A stretch of DNA of 63,432 nucleotides, the filler included, from Octopus bimaculoides (taxonomy: Eukaryota), in the NCBI RefSeq assembly GCF_001194135.2. It is 6 parts of 5 records of this genome, joined end to end, with 100 filler letters (N's around TTAATTAATTAA, not from the genome) between each part and the next. Parts side by side here need not be neighbours in the genome. Positions count along the whole stretch, not along the records: positions 13,844 to 27,493 come from NC_068995.1; positions 27,594 to 32,511 come from NC_068996.1; positions 32,612 to 58,382 come from NC_068994.1; 3 more parts are not named here. One strand, 5' to 3'. This document shows, in pieces, positions 23,491-35,284 of this stretch. The notes beneath the pieces were generated by a model. That model saw only the letters and a list, made by a program, of their open reading frames with translations, searched no databases and was not told the DNA's origin. Numbering within the stretch: position 1 is the first letter of the stretch; every line of letters starts with the position of its first letter. The translations under genes were made by a program, and so were the position numbers.

Positions 23491-25756
23491 TAATAATAAC
23501 AACATCGATAATACCTTAAGAGATGAGAACATTACCCCGCTTCGAAACCTGCAACTCGTCTAATCCTAATTATGCATTTACTTTTGTACCAATAATTATA
23601 ATCATTAGTGCATCAGTTATGTTAGTAAATGTCTAAGCTAAATCTGGAGGAGCTTTGAGTTTCATACAAAGAAAGAGACCGGCGACCTACTCCAGAGGTA
23701 CAGTCTGTATGCGGAACAGTAAAAATATGCAACACTTTCTAAAAGTTGGATATATAACAATTATTATTGTTGTTATCCACGTTCCAATGATGGAGCTTTT
23801 GTTTCTGTTTTAGAGCCTAGCACCCTCATTCATGAAAGATTAGCAACAAATAAATAGGAAACAAACACATACATACATACATACATACATACATACATAC
23901 ATACATACATACATGCAGATAACATGACGTTTGTTGTTGTTATCATGTCTTACAGAACTATTCTTCCGACTGAGAATTCGCAAGTGGTACATGACATCAG
24001 CTTTCTAGAGACAAAGAAAATAACAATGACAACATCAATAACAACAACCAAATTAATAATAACAATAATGGTCTCCATAATTAATAGCAATGATTTCAGG
24101 CAGGAAGCTTATTAATGAAATGTAATTACACATTGGATACTGTTTATAACGTTCTTGTATTGTCTTTTAGTTCTTAGCCCCGCTTCAGCTCTCAAACAGG
24201 TGTTCCATCACGATAATGATAACCCTTGTCTGAAAGAAGAGTACGATCAGGTCTTCGTCATCTGGCGTCAGTTCTAATTCAGCTGCAGTTGTTGTTATTG
24301 GTTTTGCCTCGGGTTCAACCCAAATCCAAGAAACCTATGCTGAGATACATTCTCTCTATTTCGTTTCGTTGTTTGCTCAACATTCAGAGTATATTGTCCA
24401 ATCTGCTTTGTTTTTCTTTCTCTTTTTAAGACAGAATTGTACGATAGTAGGGATATTTTGGCAGCTCTTATCGGCGGTCTTCGTTAGTTCTCTTCAATTT
24501 GATGAGTAAACCTCTTATCCAGAAATTCTATGACACACAGATCGTGAAACAAATGATGAGGTGGGCTCCACGCAGGTTTGCTTTCTTAACTACTGACCAT
24601 ACTGTCCAATACGACACGCAGTAATGAATCTTATGGAGACTGTCTGTCACTTCTATGATGAAAGATATTTCGGAATCACCACAACTAAAGACGCCACTGC
24701 ATGTCTTCAACATTCGGACCAGATTTTCGGAATAGAGTGGGATGGGTGAGGGAAGACTGCTTCTTTTCCTGCAGCGTAATTCACTCATCCTCGAGACATT
24801 GATCTGCAAATGTTCATGCTGGCGTCAAGTGCATCAAACTGACCAATCTGGAGAAAACTACAAATTGTCTCCGTTCACTGTAGCATGGATGTAGTGAGTA
24901 CAACGCACAAGAAACTTCAAAATGATACCCCAAAACTACATAAGTAAATAATATATGAATATATATAGCTAACACACACATATACACACACACATGGATA
25001 TATATGTATAAGTATGTTTATATATGTATAATTAATATAGAGAGCAGTATGCTATGTTTTACTAAAAAGGAAAACTATAATTGTCGCTAAATGTGACTAG
25101 GGTGTTAGAAACACCTACATTGCTAGAAATAAGAGCTAAAATGCTCTAATGCTGCAATCAAAGCACGTGTATGTATATATACTGATAGGCACTATAATCG
25201 CCCGAAAACACCGAAAACGTATGTGTGTGTGTATGTATGTATGTATGTATGTATAGGCACTACACATACACACATATATTTTAGGGAGCTACTAGAATGT
25301 GCGACGTAAATAAGGGCGTGAGAAGGAAAACAATAACCAAAACGCCAGTTTATACTTTTAAATTGTATTTCAATATTTTGGGTCAAAATCCCTTTATCAA
25401 GAGACAATGGCGGATGTTAGCAAGGTGATATCAATTACACATATATGAAATATAAAACACACCATTTCATTAAGAAACTTATCTTTTCAATAAATGGCAT
25501 TTCAGCTTGAAATATAGAAATGGAAGCTAATGACACAAACTACTGTTTTGTTTTGTCTTGTTTTACATGTTTACATTGCGCTGGTTTCTAAAGAATCCTA
25601 ACAATGTCTTGTATACATCAGATTAATTACACTAACTATTCACATAGCCTCCCGCATACACACATATTCACAAATATGCATGCATACAAACATATATTTA
25701 TAAATAGGTATATACATCTACACATATGTTTATAAAGATAAAGATATCGATTATAC

Positions 25757-25790
<34 letters not shown>

Positions 25791-25854
25791 CTTTTATCTC
25801 TTACATACACACACACACATACACACACACGCACGCACACACACAAAGACACAT

Positions 25855-25888
<34 letters not shown>

Positions 25889-25904
25889 GTATTTTATCTC
25901 TTAT

Positions 25905-26297
25905 GTATATCATTTATCTCATGAACTGTGGCCATGCTGGTGCATCACCTTGAAGGGTTTAACAGAACAAATCGACCCCCAATGCCTATCCTTTTTAAGC
26001 TTGATACTTATTTTAGCTTATCCCACTTTTGCCGAATTCCTAAGTTTCTGCCGTAAACAAACCAACACCGGTTGTCCAGCGGTGGTAAGTGAAAAACACG
26101 TACACAAAGACATGCTCACCTATGTGTATAAAGTATTGTCGACAGGCTTCTTTCAGTTTCCTTCTACCAAATCCGCTCACAAGTCTTCGGTTGGCCTGGG
26201 GCTATAGTATAAAACACTCGCCCAAAAAGTGCCGTGTAGTAGAACCGAGCCTGGAACCAAGTGGTTGGTAAGTAAACTACTTTACCACACAGCCACT
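25905..26297 (-). mobile_element. SINE family B
   Basis: Reverse complement of both halves. Confidence 0.85.
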
Positions 26298-27593
26298 ATG
26301 TATATTACTTGTGTGTGCATGTACGTGCGTGTGCTTGTTTGAGTATGTATGTGAAAATGTGATTAGGTGATTGTGAGAGTATGTGTCTGTGTGTATGTGT
26401 GTATGTGTGTATGTGTGTACGTGTGCGTGTGTTCGCGAAAGCTTCGACAGAGTGAGAAATGTCACCAATTAACAAATCAATTGAAGTATACATTTCTTGA
26501 TTTAGATTAATTTATCTTTCACACTATCTCCTTATATGTGCGCGTGTGCGCTCGTGTGTGGGGGAGGAGGGGGAACTGCGTGTGTGTGTGTGTGTGTGTA
26601 CTTGTGTATGGGACCGTGTGTGTATATGTATGCGTGTTGATGTGTATGTATAAACATATTCCACTATAAAACTAGAGATAACTCACTAAATATTCCGTCG
26701 TTCGTCCATAAATATCGTTCACTCCTCGCTCATACTATATTTTATTATTATTAAAATCGTTTTGTGTATGTGTGTGTGCGATCGAATGTGTATGAGTAAG
26801 CGTATGAATGAGTGTGTGTGTGTGTGTGAGTGTGAGTTATATGCTGTATAGAGGCATATGTATTGAGATAACGGATATGATGCAAGTACATAGCTCAATA
26901 CTTCAAGTCACATGCCTCTCTAAACAGTGTCCACTCTATTAACACACAGACACAAACACCCACAAACACGGGTGCGCTTTTACTCACGGCTTGGTACGTT
27001 ATATACGCACGTACGATCTCGGACCCGGACGTGTGTGTGTGTGTGTTTGTGTGTGTCTGTGTTTGTGTGTGTGACCGTGTGTGTGTGCGTTTGTGATGTT
27101 ATGCATGTGTGTGCACGTACACAAAGAGACACATACAAACGTATAAATATATTTGAATCTGCGATTTAGGAATTAAATTAAATACAGTAGATTATTGTCA
27201 ACGAACAAAGACCTCAGCAGAAATTTATATGTCATTAGTGAGGGATACAGGTTAACCATGATACGGAAGTTTCACCAGCAAAGTATCGTCAAGCAATGAG
27301 AATACCTATATATGGGGATGTTTCTATGTGGCCTGCTTGTTTATTGCACCTTGTTTACCATTTTGTCCTTGTTCTTTTGCCACGTCATGTACCCAGTTAT
27401 GTATCTATATGTACATGTAGATGAACGTATATACATACATGTATATATATATGCATATACTCATATATTGTTTATATATATATATATATATATNNNNNNN
27501 NNNNNNNNNNNNNNNNNNNNNNNNNNNNNNNNNNNNNTTAATTAATTAANNNNNNNNNNNNNNNNNNNNNNNNNNNNNNNNNNNNNNNNNNNN

Positions 27594-27774
27594 CTTACAA
27601 ATATATATAACATACAGAAAATTGCACTACTGGGTACTGCACACATCCTACGCAAAACACTTTCAATACAGTAACCATAAGAGCACCACAGCAAACCACA
27701 GCACATACCCAAGGCACACAGAGCTGCGCTCGGTAGTGAAGTGAAAGCACGTCATAAAAATAAAACTACTGAAC
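27594..27774 (+). mobile_element. R4/Dong subfamily A 3' end with (AAT)n tail (27775-27920)
   Basis: LTNIYNIQKIALLGTAHILRKTLSIQ* plus a 3'UTR matching the reverse complement of 1311-1400. Confidence 0.92.
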
Positions 27775-27809
<35 letters not shown>

Positions 27810-27832
27810 CAATAATAATAATAATAATGATG

Positions 27833-27881
<49 letters not shown>

Positions 27882-27964
27882 TGATGATAATAATGATGAT
27901 TAATATTATTGATAATAATATTGTGACCAGGGGTTCGATTCCCTGCGGTGAAGTTCATATTGAT

Positions 27965-28030
27965 TGTCGAGGTGATGCTCCAGCATGGCCACAATCAAAA
28001 TGACTGAAACAGGTAAAATAATAAAAGAAT
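27965..28030 (+). mobile_element. SINE family B 3' tip
   Basis: GGTGATGCTCCAGCATGGCCACAATCAAAATGACTGAAACAGGTAAAA. Confidence 0.75.
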
Positions 28031-28059
28031 TCCAATATTTACCTTATTTATGTGTGTAT

Positions 28060-28300
28060 TGTTATAGCTGTTGTTGTTGCTGTTGTTGCTGTTGCCGCTG
28101 CTGCTACTGCTGTTACTCTTCTTCTTTTTCTTCTTCTTCTTCTTCATCTTCCTTTTCTTCTTTTTCTCCTTCTTGCTGCCACTGCTACTACTACTACTAC
28201 TGCTGCTACTACTACTGCTGCTGTTTTTGTTGCTGCTGCTGCTACTGCTACTGCTGCTTTTTGTTATTGTTGTTGTTGTTGCTGCTGTCGTTGTTGTTGT
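28060..28300 (+). repeat. Compound trinucleotide repeat (TTG/CTG/TTC/CTA)
   Basis: Successive in-phase triplet blocks. Confidence 0.95.
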
Positions 28301-28364
28301 TTAGTTCTCCCAAAAACATTCCTACACTGAGTACATCTACAACAAAAATGTCAATGTTACCTTT

Positions 28365-28590
28365 TTGAGGTCATGTCACCTGATAAGGGCCAGTTTCCTG
28401 GTTTCGTCCCATGTATATTTCCCCACCTGACGGGACGCCGGACCCTCACAGGGATCACTCATTCCTGCCAGCTGAGTGAACTGGAACAACATGAAATGAA
28501 GGGTTTTGCTCAAGGACACAATGCATCATCCCGTCCTGGAATTGAAATCACAATCGTACAATCACAAGTCTGACACCCTAACCATTAGGT
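28365..28590 (-). mobile_element. SINE family C
   Basis: Reverse complement of the family-C consensus: GAGTGAACTGGAACAAC.TGAAATGAAGGGTTTTGCTCAAGGACACAA...CCCTAACCATTAGG. Confidence 0.82.
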
Positions 28591-28743
28591 AACGAAAAAC
28601 ACCACATTGTGTACATGTGTATGCGCACATGCATGCACGTGTGTGTGTGTGTGTGTTTGTGTATGCATTATTGTTTCTTTGCCTTGTTATTATGTGATAG
28701 TCGTAAATAAGTGTCACTGTCATACAAGCAGTGTCATTGTGCA

Positions 28744-28990
28744 GGCACATGGCTTAGTGGTTAGGTTGTTGGACTCATGTTCCTAAGATAGTGGTTTCGA
28801 TTCCTGTATCGGGTGATATGTTGTGTTCTTGAGCAAAACCCTTCATTTCACTTTGCTCCAGTCCACACAGCTAGCAAATGTGAATAATCCTGTGATGGAC
28901 CAGCATTTCATCCAGGTGGGGAACATATACCCTAAGGAAACCAGAAAAGCGTCCCTTATGAGTTGGCATAACTTAAGATGGTAACTTTAC
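28744..28990 (+). mobile_element. SINE family C
   Basis: GGCACATGGCTTAGTGGTTAGGTTGTTGGACTCATG...GGTTTCGATTCC...TTCTTGAGCAAAAC. Confidence 0.85.
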
Positions 28991-29029
28991 TTACTTAAAG
29001 CAGTATCCTTCATTTCTAATGTTTTGTGT

Positions 29030-29175
29030 AAACAAGTCTGGACATGGGAAAATATTGCCTCGCTTTGAAACAGATGAGGACTGGCATCAGGATGGTCATT
29101 CAATCATGGAAAACCTGCCTTGACAAACTCTGTCTGACCCATGCAAGCATGGAAAAGTGAACATTAAAACAATTA
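29030..29175 (+). mobile_element. SINE family D-like 3' tail
   Basis: TCTGTCTGACCCATGCAAGCATGGAAAAGTGAACATTAAAAC. Confidence 0.65.
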
Positions 29176-29187
29176 TGAATGTACCAT

Positions 29188-29359
29188 AGGTGCAGGAGTG
29201 GCTGTGTGATAAGTAGCTTGCTTACCAACCACATGGTTCTGGGTTCAGTCCCACTGCGTGGCACCTTGGACAAGTGTGTTCTACTATAGCCTCGGGCCAA
29301 CCAAAGCCTTGTGAGTGGATTTGGTAGACGGAAACTGAAAGAAGCCCGTCGTATATATG

Positions 29360-29400
<41 letters not shown>

Positions 29401-29616
29401 ATATGTTTGTGTATCTGTGTTTGTCCCCCCAACATCGCTTGACAACCGATGGTGGTGTGTTTATGTCCCCGTAACTTAGCAGTTCAGCAAAAAGAGACCG
29501 ATAGAATAAGTACTAGGCTTGCAAAGAATAAGTCCTGGGGTCAATTTGCTCGACTAAAGGCAGTGCTCCAGCATGGCCGCAGTCAAATGACTGAAACAAG
29601 TAAAAGAGTAAAGAGT
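29188..29616 (+). mobile_element. SINE family B, full length, near-consensus
   Basis: GGTGCAGGAGTGGCTGTGTG...(TA)n(TG)n...GACTGAAACAAGTAAAAGAGTAAAAGAG. Confidence 0.95.
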
Positions 29617-30050
29617 ACCTTGGACTGGCTGATCCAGTGAGTCTGCTGGTCAGTTTTTTTTTTTTTCATTTAAAGACAGGAGGATGCGATTTGAAGGAAA
29701 TATCTAAGAGATAGGAGATCAAATCCTCATGCTGTTGATTTCTGCAAAGTTATCTCTGGGTCTGAATTAACAGAGCAAGACCTGTGACCAAATGCATTTC
29801 GGCTGCTACCATCTTCTCACCTTTTCTGACATTAACTACATTAACTCATGCATCTGCCCTTTGACATGGTATTGAATGTAATTTCAGTGATATTTGACTG
29901 CCATTTCTAGCAGATAAAATTATTACACTATCCTATGCTGGATCTCAGTGTTGGATCACAGATCTGCAGGTTACATTCAACTTGAGCATTTTAATCTGCC
30001 CCAGAAATAGGTTCCAGATCGTTTGAGAGAAAGTCAATGTGATAGATTAG

Positions 30051-30275
30051 TAAGGCGGCGAGCTGGCAGAAACATTAGCATGCCGGGCGAAATGCTTAGC
30101 AATATTTTGTCTGTCATTACATTCTGAGCTCAAACTCCGCCAATGTCAACTTTGCCTTTCATCTTTTCAGGGTCGATAAATTAAGTACCAGTTGCATACT
30201 TGGGTCAATCTAATTGACTACCCCACCACCACCACCACCACCAAAATTTCAAGTCTTCTGTCTAGAGTAGAAAAG
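30051..30275 (+). mobile_element. SINE family A, full length with 15-bp TSD
   Basis: TSD AATGTGATAGATTAG at 30036-30050 and 30276-30290. Confidence 0.95.
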
Positions 30276-30357
30276 AATGTGATAGATTAGCTCCCTACCC
30301 AGGTGTATTATCCTTAATTCATTTCACCTGGTTTTATACCTCCGCCATTTATTTGGT

Positions 30358-30548
30358 TGTGGAGGCATGTCGTTTAGAGGTTAAGGTTTTGGACTCACGA
30401 TCATAAGATTGTGGTTTCGATTCCTGGACTAGGCGATGCATTTTGTTCTTGAGCAAGACACTTCATTTCATGTTGTTTTATTCCACTCAGCTGGCAAAAA
30501 GGGGTAACCCTGCAATGGACCAGTGACCCATCCAGGAGGGGAATATAT
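30358..30548 (+). mobile_element. SINE family C
   Basis: GGAGGCATGTCGTTTAGAGGTTAAGGTTTTGGACTCACGATC...TTCGATTCC...TTCTTGAGCAAGACACTT. Confidence 0.85.
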
Positions 30549-30559
30549 ACACCTGGATG

Positions 30560-31095
30560 AGATGGTGAAGTTTGACCTTCGAATGTTGGGCCTCACAGAG
30601 GCAATGACAGAAGACTGAGACCTCTGGAGATATGCTGTGACTGAGAAGACCCGGCAAATAAAGTGGGTTCACAGCTGTAACCTACACCAGTGTCGCATAA
30701 CCAGCCCACTCAAAAGTACCTTGGATCATAGGGCGACATGTTGTGCTTGAGGAGACCTATTGAGTCAAGTACATCAAAATGAAATGAAATCACAATCAAA
30801 TGGAAATTGTAGTTGTGGTCCCCATGCTGGTGGCCCATAAAAGCACCATCCAAATGTGGTCAATGACAGCCCCCTCACCTCGACTGGCTTCTGTGCCAGT
30901 GGCACGTAAAAAGCACCATCCGAATGTGGCTCCCATGCTGGTGGCTCGTAAAAAGCACCCACTACATTCTCAGAGAAGGGCATCCAGCTGTAGAAACATT
31001 GCCAGATCAGATTGGTGCCTGGTGCAACCTCCTGGCTTTCCAGACCCCAGTCGAACCGTCCAACCCATGCCAGCATGGAAAGTGGAAATAAAACA

Positions 31096-31127
<32 letters not shown>

Positions 31128-31145
31128 GGTGGTGGTGGTGGTGAT
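30560..31145 (+). mobile_element. SINE family D body and (GAT/GGT)n tail
   Basis: Internal repeats GTGGC.C.TAAAAGCACC and a tail shared with 13441-13712. Confidence 0.82.
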
Positions 31146-31454
31146 GAAAACGGGAAACAGCCCTGNNNNNNNNNNNNNNNNNNNNNNNNNNNNNNNNNNN
31201 NNNNNNNNNNNNNNNNNNNNNNNNNNNNNNNNNNNNNNNNNNNNNNNNNNNNNNNNNNNNNNNNNNNNNNNNNNNNNNNNNNNNNNNNNNNNNNNNNNNN
31301 NNNNNNNNNNNNNNNNNNNNNNNNNNNNNNNNNNNNNNNNNNNNNNNNNNNNNNNNNNNNNNNNNNNNNNNNNNNNNNNNNNNNNNNNNNNNNNNNNNNN
31401 NNNNNNNNNNNNNNNNNNNNNNNNNNNNNNNNNNNNNNNNNNNNNNNNNNNNNN

Positions 31455-31836
31455 GTTCATATGGTTGGCACACCGTCAGTTACAACGTCGAGGGTTCCAG
31501 TTGATCCGATCAACAGAACAGCCTGCTCGTGAAATTAACGTGCAAGTGGCTGAGCACTCCACAGACACGTGTACCCTTAGCGTAGTTCTCAGGGATATTC
31601 AGCATGACACAGTGTGACAAGGCTGACCCTTTGAATTACAGGCACAACAGAAACAGGAAGAAAGAGTGAGAGAAAGTTGTGGTGGAAGAGTACAGTAGGG
31701 TTCGCCACCATCCCCTGCCGGAGCCTCATGGAGCTTTTCGCTCAATAAACACTCACAACACCCAGCCTGGGAATTGAAACCACAATCCTACGACCGCTAG
31801 TCCACTGCCCTAACCACTGGGCCATAGCGCCTCCAC
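31455..31836 (-). mobile_element. SINE family C, long-tail variant
   Basis: Reverse complement matches 48676-49002 (GAGAACTAC..TAAG.GTACAC.TGTCTGTGGAGT.CTCAGCCACTTGCAC). Confidence 0.85.
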
Positions 31837-32611
31837 ATAGTTCAAATAATCACACCTTCAAGCCACATCTATATTATTGTATTATTTCTGCAGGAGATAT
31901 CTATTTCCAGTTTGTGTTGTTATAATCAGAATGGTGTGGTACAGTGCACGTTTTAGGAACCATGACCCAACATCCTACTTCCAAATTTAAAAGGTGTTGG
32001 CAGGGTTTTGCATCCGAGCAACATCAATAAAATAAGTAATATCCAATTGACTTTAGTACTTTCTCACTCAAACAAAATTTCTGGTCTTTTGCCAAAGCGA
32101 AAAATCAATAATGGTGTCAGATATTAATATTTTATTTACACACACACACACACACAGACATATGAAGAAACAGTTGTAAATGCCAAATGCTTAAAACATT
32201 TTTGATAATAAAATGGTTGATATCAACGATGACTATCTTTTCTCTGAGATTTCTACAGGATCAAAAGCATTGCCAATATAATTCCTCTTTATCTCTTTGC
32301 ATTCGTAAAGAGAACACTTCAGATGAGATGATGTAGAGCTTGTTCAGCCAGCATGAAAGAGAAGAAAAATTCTTTTGAAATAAGAAGCAGGCAGGCAGGT
32401 AGGAATAATAAAAGATCATATTCTATGGACAGATATTCAACTGAGTGACTACTGTTGTTGTTGTTGTTGTTGTTGTTGTTGCTGATATTGTAGTGGTGGT
32501 GGTGGTGGTGGNNNNNNNNNNNNNNNNNNNNNNNNNNNNNNNNNNNNNNNNNNNNTTAATTAATTAANNNNNNNNNNNNNNNNNNNNNNNNNNNNNNNNN
32601 NNNNNNNNNNN

Positions 32612-33010
32612 ATGGTTGAGAAAGACAACCATTCTGCCTGCAACACCAAAGCCAAGCTGGGAGCCAAGATCAGGGACGTGTTCGAAGACCTCCCCAGAAA
32701 CACGGTGAGAACTAAGGCAGCGAGCTGGGCAGAAACGTTAGGACGCTGGGCGAAATGCTCGGCGGTATTTCGTCTGCCGCTACATTCTGAGTTCAAATTC
32801 CGCCGAAGTCGACTTTGCCTTTCATCCTTTCGGGATTGATAAATTAAGTACCAGTTACGCATTGGGGTCGATGTAATCGACTTAATCCCTTGTTTTTCCC
32901 CTCTATGTTTAGCCCCTTGTGGGCAGTAAAGAAATAAGAAGCTGAGGGTGGCTACTATAAGTAAACTGTAATTTCCCGCCCACAGTCTAGTTGGTATTAT
33001 TTAATATTTT
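32612..33010 (+). mobile_element. maT/Tc1-mariner transposase C-terminal remnant interrupted by a SINE
   Basis: MVEKDNHSACNTKAKLGAKIRDVFEDLPRNTVRT [SINE] EAEGGYYK* (stop 32962-32964). Homologous to the reverse complement of 33480-33680. Confidence 0.85.
32714..32940 (+). mobile_element. SINE family A2 (alternative 3' tail)
   Basis: Family-A head and core, but ends ...TTTAGCCCCTTGTGGGCAGTAAAGAAATAAGAA, as in 38755-39006. Confidence 0.9.
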
Positions 33011-33081
33011 TGTCTCTCTCGCTCTTTCTCGTCGCTCCACTTCATTACGTTATGTTTGTTATTATTAGAGGAGCTGAATAA

Positions 33082-33345
33082 AGTGGCGAGCTGGCAGAAA
33101 CGTTAGCACGCCGGGCGAAATGCTTACCGGTATTTCGTCTGCTGCTACATTCTGAGTTCAAATTCGGTCGAGTTCGCCTTTCGGGGTCGATAAATTAAGT
33201 ACCAGTTGCGTACTGAGGTTGATCTGATCAACTGGCCCCTTCCCCAAAAATTTCGTGCCTAGAGTAGAAAAGAATTGGCAGAAACGCTCGTACGCCGAGC
33301 AAAATGCTTAGCTGCGTTTCGTCCGTTTTTACGTTTTTACGCCAT
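33082..33345 (+). mobile_element. SINE family A plus a second partial head in tandem
   Basis: Full copy at 33082-33275, then TTGGCAGAAACGCTCGTACGCCGAGCAAAATGC. Confidence 0.85.
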
Positions 33346-33400
33346 CCTCGGAAGAGAAAAGAACAGAAATTCTGACAGTACCACCTGTGGTAGAGATTTG

Positions 33401-34400
33401 CAGTGTGCTCCGGATAAGTTTGACAGTTTGTATAAAAGAAAGAGGAAACGCAAAATCTCATCCAAAAGTAAAAAAAATATCAACTAGATTGTTGGTGGGA
33501 GACTACAGTTTACTTATAGTAGCCACGCTCAGCTTCTACCACGGCCTCAAGACGGCTCCGGAACCTGGCGCATGCGGTCTTCATTGTGTTTCTGAGAAGG
33601 TTTTTGAACACGTCCCTGATCTTGGCTACCAGCTTGGCCTTGGTGTTTCAGGCAGAACGGGTATGTTTTCTCAACCATGCTCCATGCATATTAATGCATG
33701 GAATTACAATCGGGGGAATTAGGATGCCAGAAATTGGGGCTGGCGAGGTTGTAGAAATTCTCCTACACCCATTTCTGACTCTTTCCGGGGGGTATAGCAA
33801 TCAGCTGAATCCTACCCCTACACATATGACCTTCCAGCAGCAACCGTCTCCGGTTAGAATTTGACCACGCTCTCCGGCAGTTTCACATAGCCGCCTGAAT
33901 TGAACCTGAGGCCATATTCAAAGATATGGGGCTGCATGACGCCACCCTCATTGGAGACACACTCAAAGACCAACACAGTTTTATGGAACTTGGTTGTCAT
34001 GATGCCCATGTCACGTCTTACAGCCATTACGGTGTTCACAAAGCATTGAACAGCAGTCATGATACCAATGTTTGGATGCCCGGCGCGAATCATCTTGATA
34101 CAGGTAACTCTTTTCCAATATTCAGCTGGCTTCTCCGGTTCTGCATGCCAGCGAACTTTTTCTCAACTACAACTTTGATCTTTATGCTCTCCAACGCCAT
34201 TGACTTTCTTTCAAAACATCAAGTTGCCCCTGAAGAAAAGAGACATAAAAGTATCATCAGATTTAGCCCGAACACCCCGAGTCTCATGTCCCGAAGTAGA
34301 AAATCAAAGTTAAGCAAAGAAGAAGAAAATAAAAACAAGGAATTCCTGCGTGATTCTTGGAACGGATTAGCATTAGCTTAATCTTATCCATTCTCTGTAA
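33401..34400 (-). mobile_element. maT (DD37D) Tc1/mariner element, internally deleted pseudo-transposase (about 33510-34146)
   Basis: MTTKFHKTVLVFECVSNEG..PHIFE.GLR.NS.GY; D-S-A-D-C...WHPNSPDCNSM(H), with 37 residues between the 2nd and expected 3rd catalytic positions after one frameshift correction; terminus CAGTGTGCTCCGGATAAGTT at 33401. The far TIR is only weakly visible near 34381-34399. Confidence 0.88.
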
Positions 34401-34534
34401 GTAGAAACAACAAATCTCATTGGTTATCGAATGAAATACCTAATATGGTAATTTCGTCCGTCAGAATCAATTTCATTCGAGTTTTAATTCCTCACACTGT
34501 TCGCACAACAATAACAACAGAATCAACAACAACA

Positions 34535-34590
<56 letters not shown>

Positions 34591-34848
34591 AGCTTCTATC
34601 ATTGGTACAAGGACAACGAATGAGGGACATAACAAGGAGATTACTACAAAAACGCTAATGGAGTATGGAAGCGTGGTTGCATCGAGTACAATAAGTAGTA
34701 GTAGTAGTAGTAGTAGCAGCAGCAGAAGCAGCAGAAGCAGTAGCTACTGCTTGCTGCAACAGCAGATGTGCTTAAATAAAACACGCTTATAAGTTTAAAG
34801 AAAAAGGGAGGAAAAAAAAGACGAAATCAACGATAGTAGGTACAACAT

Positions 34849-34954
34849 GAAGAAGAAGAAGAAGAAGAAGAAGAAGAAGAAGAAGAAGAAGAAGAAGAAG
34901 AAGAAGAAGAAGAAGAAGAAGAAGAAGAAGAAGAAGAAGAAGAAGAAGAAGAAG

Positions 34955-34996
<42 letters not shown>

Positions 34997-35003
34997 AACA
35001 ACA
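34849..35003 (+). repeat. (GAA)n followed by (CAA)n
   Basis: Directly visible; about 35 GAA units. Confidence 0.97.
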
Positions 35004-35138
35004 ATTTACTCAAAAATGTTTCGTTCTTTTAGGGATGTTTTGAAAAGCAGCTTTTCTTGGATGTATTTTTCGGGTATGTCAACAAGTGGGATGTCTTAAA
35101 ATAGAGACAAAATAAATGGAGGAAGAGGGTGTCAGTAC

Positions 35139-35180
<42 letters not shown>

Positions 35181-35239
35181 GTGTGTGTGTACACATACAT
35201 ACGAACACATGTATGTATATATATAAATATATATGTGTC

Positions 35240-35284
<45 letters not shown>

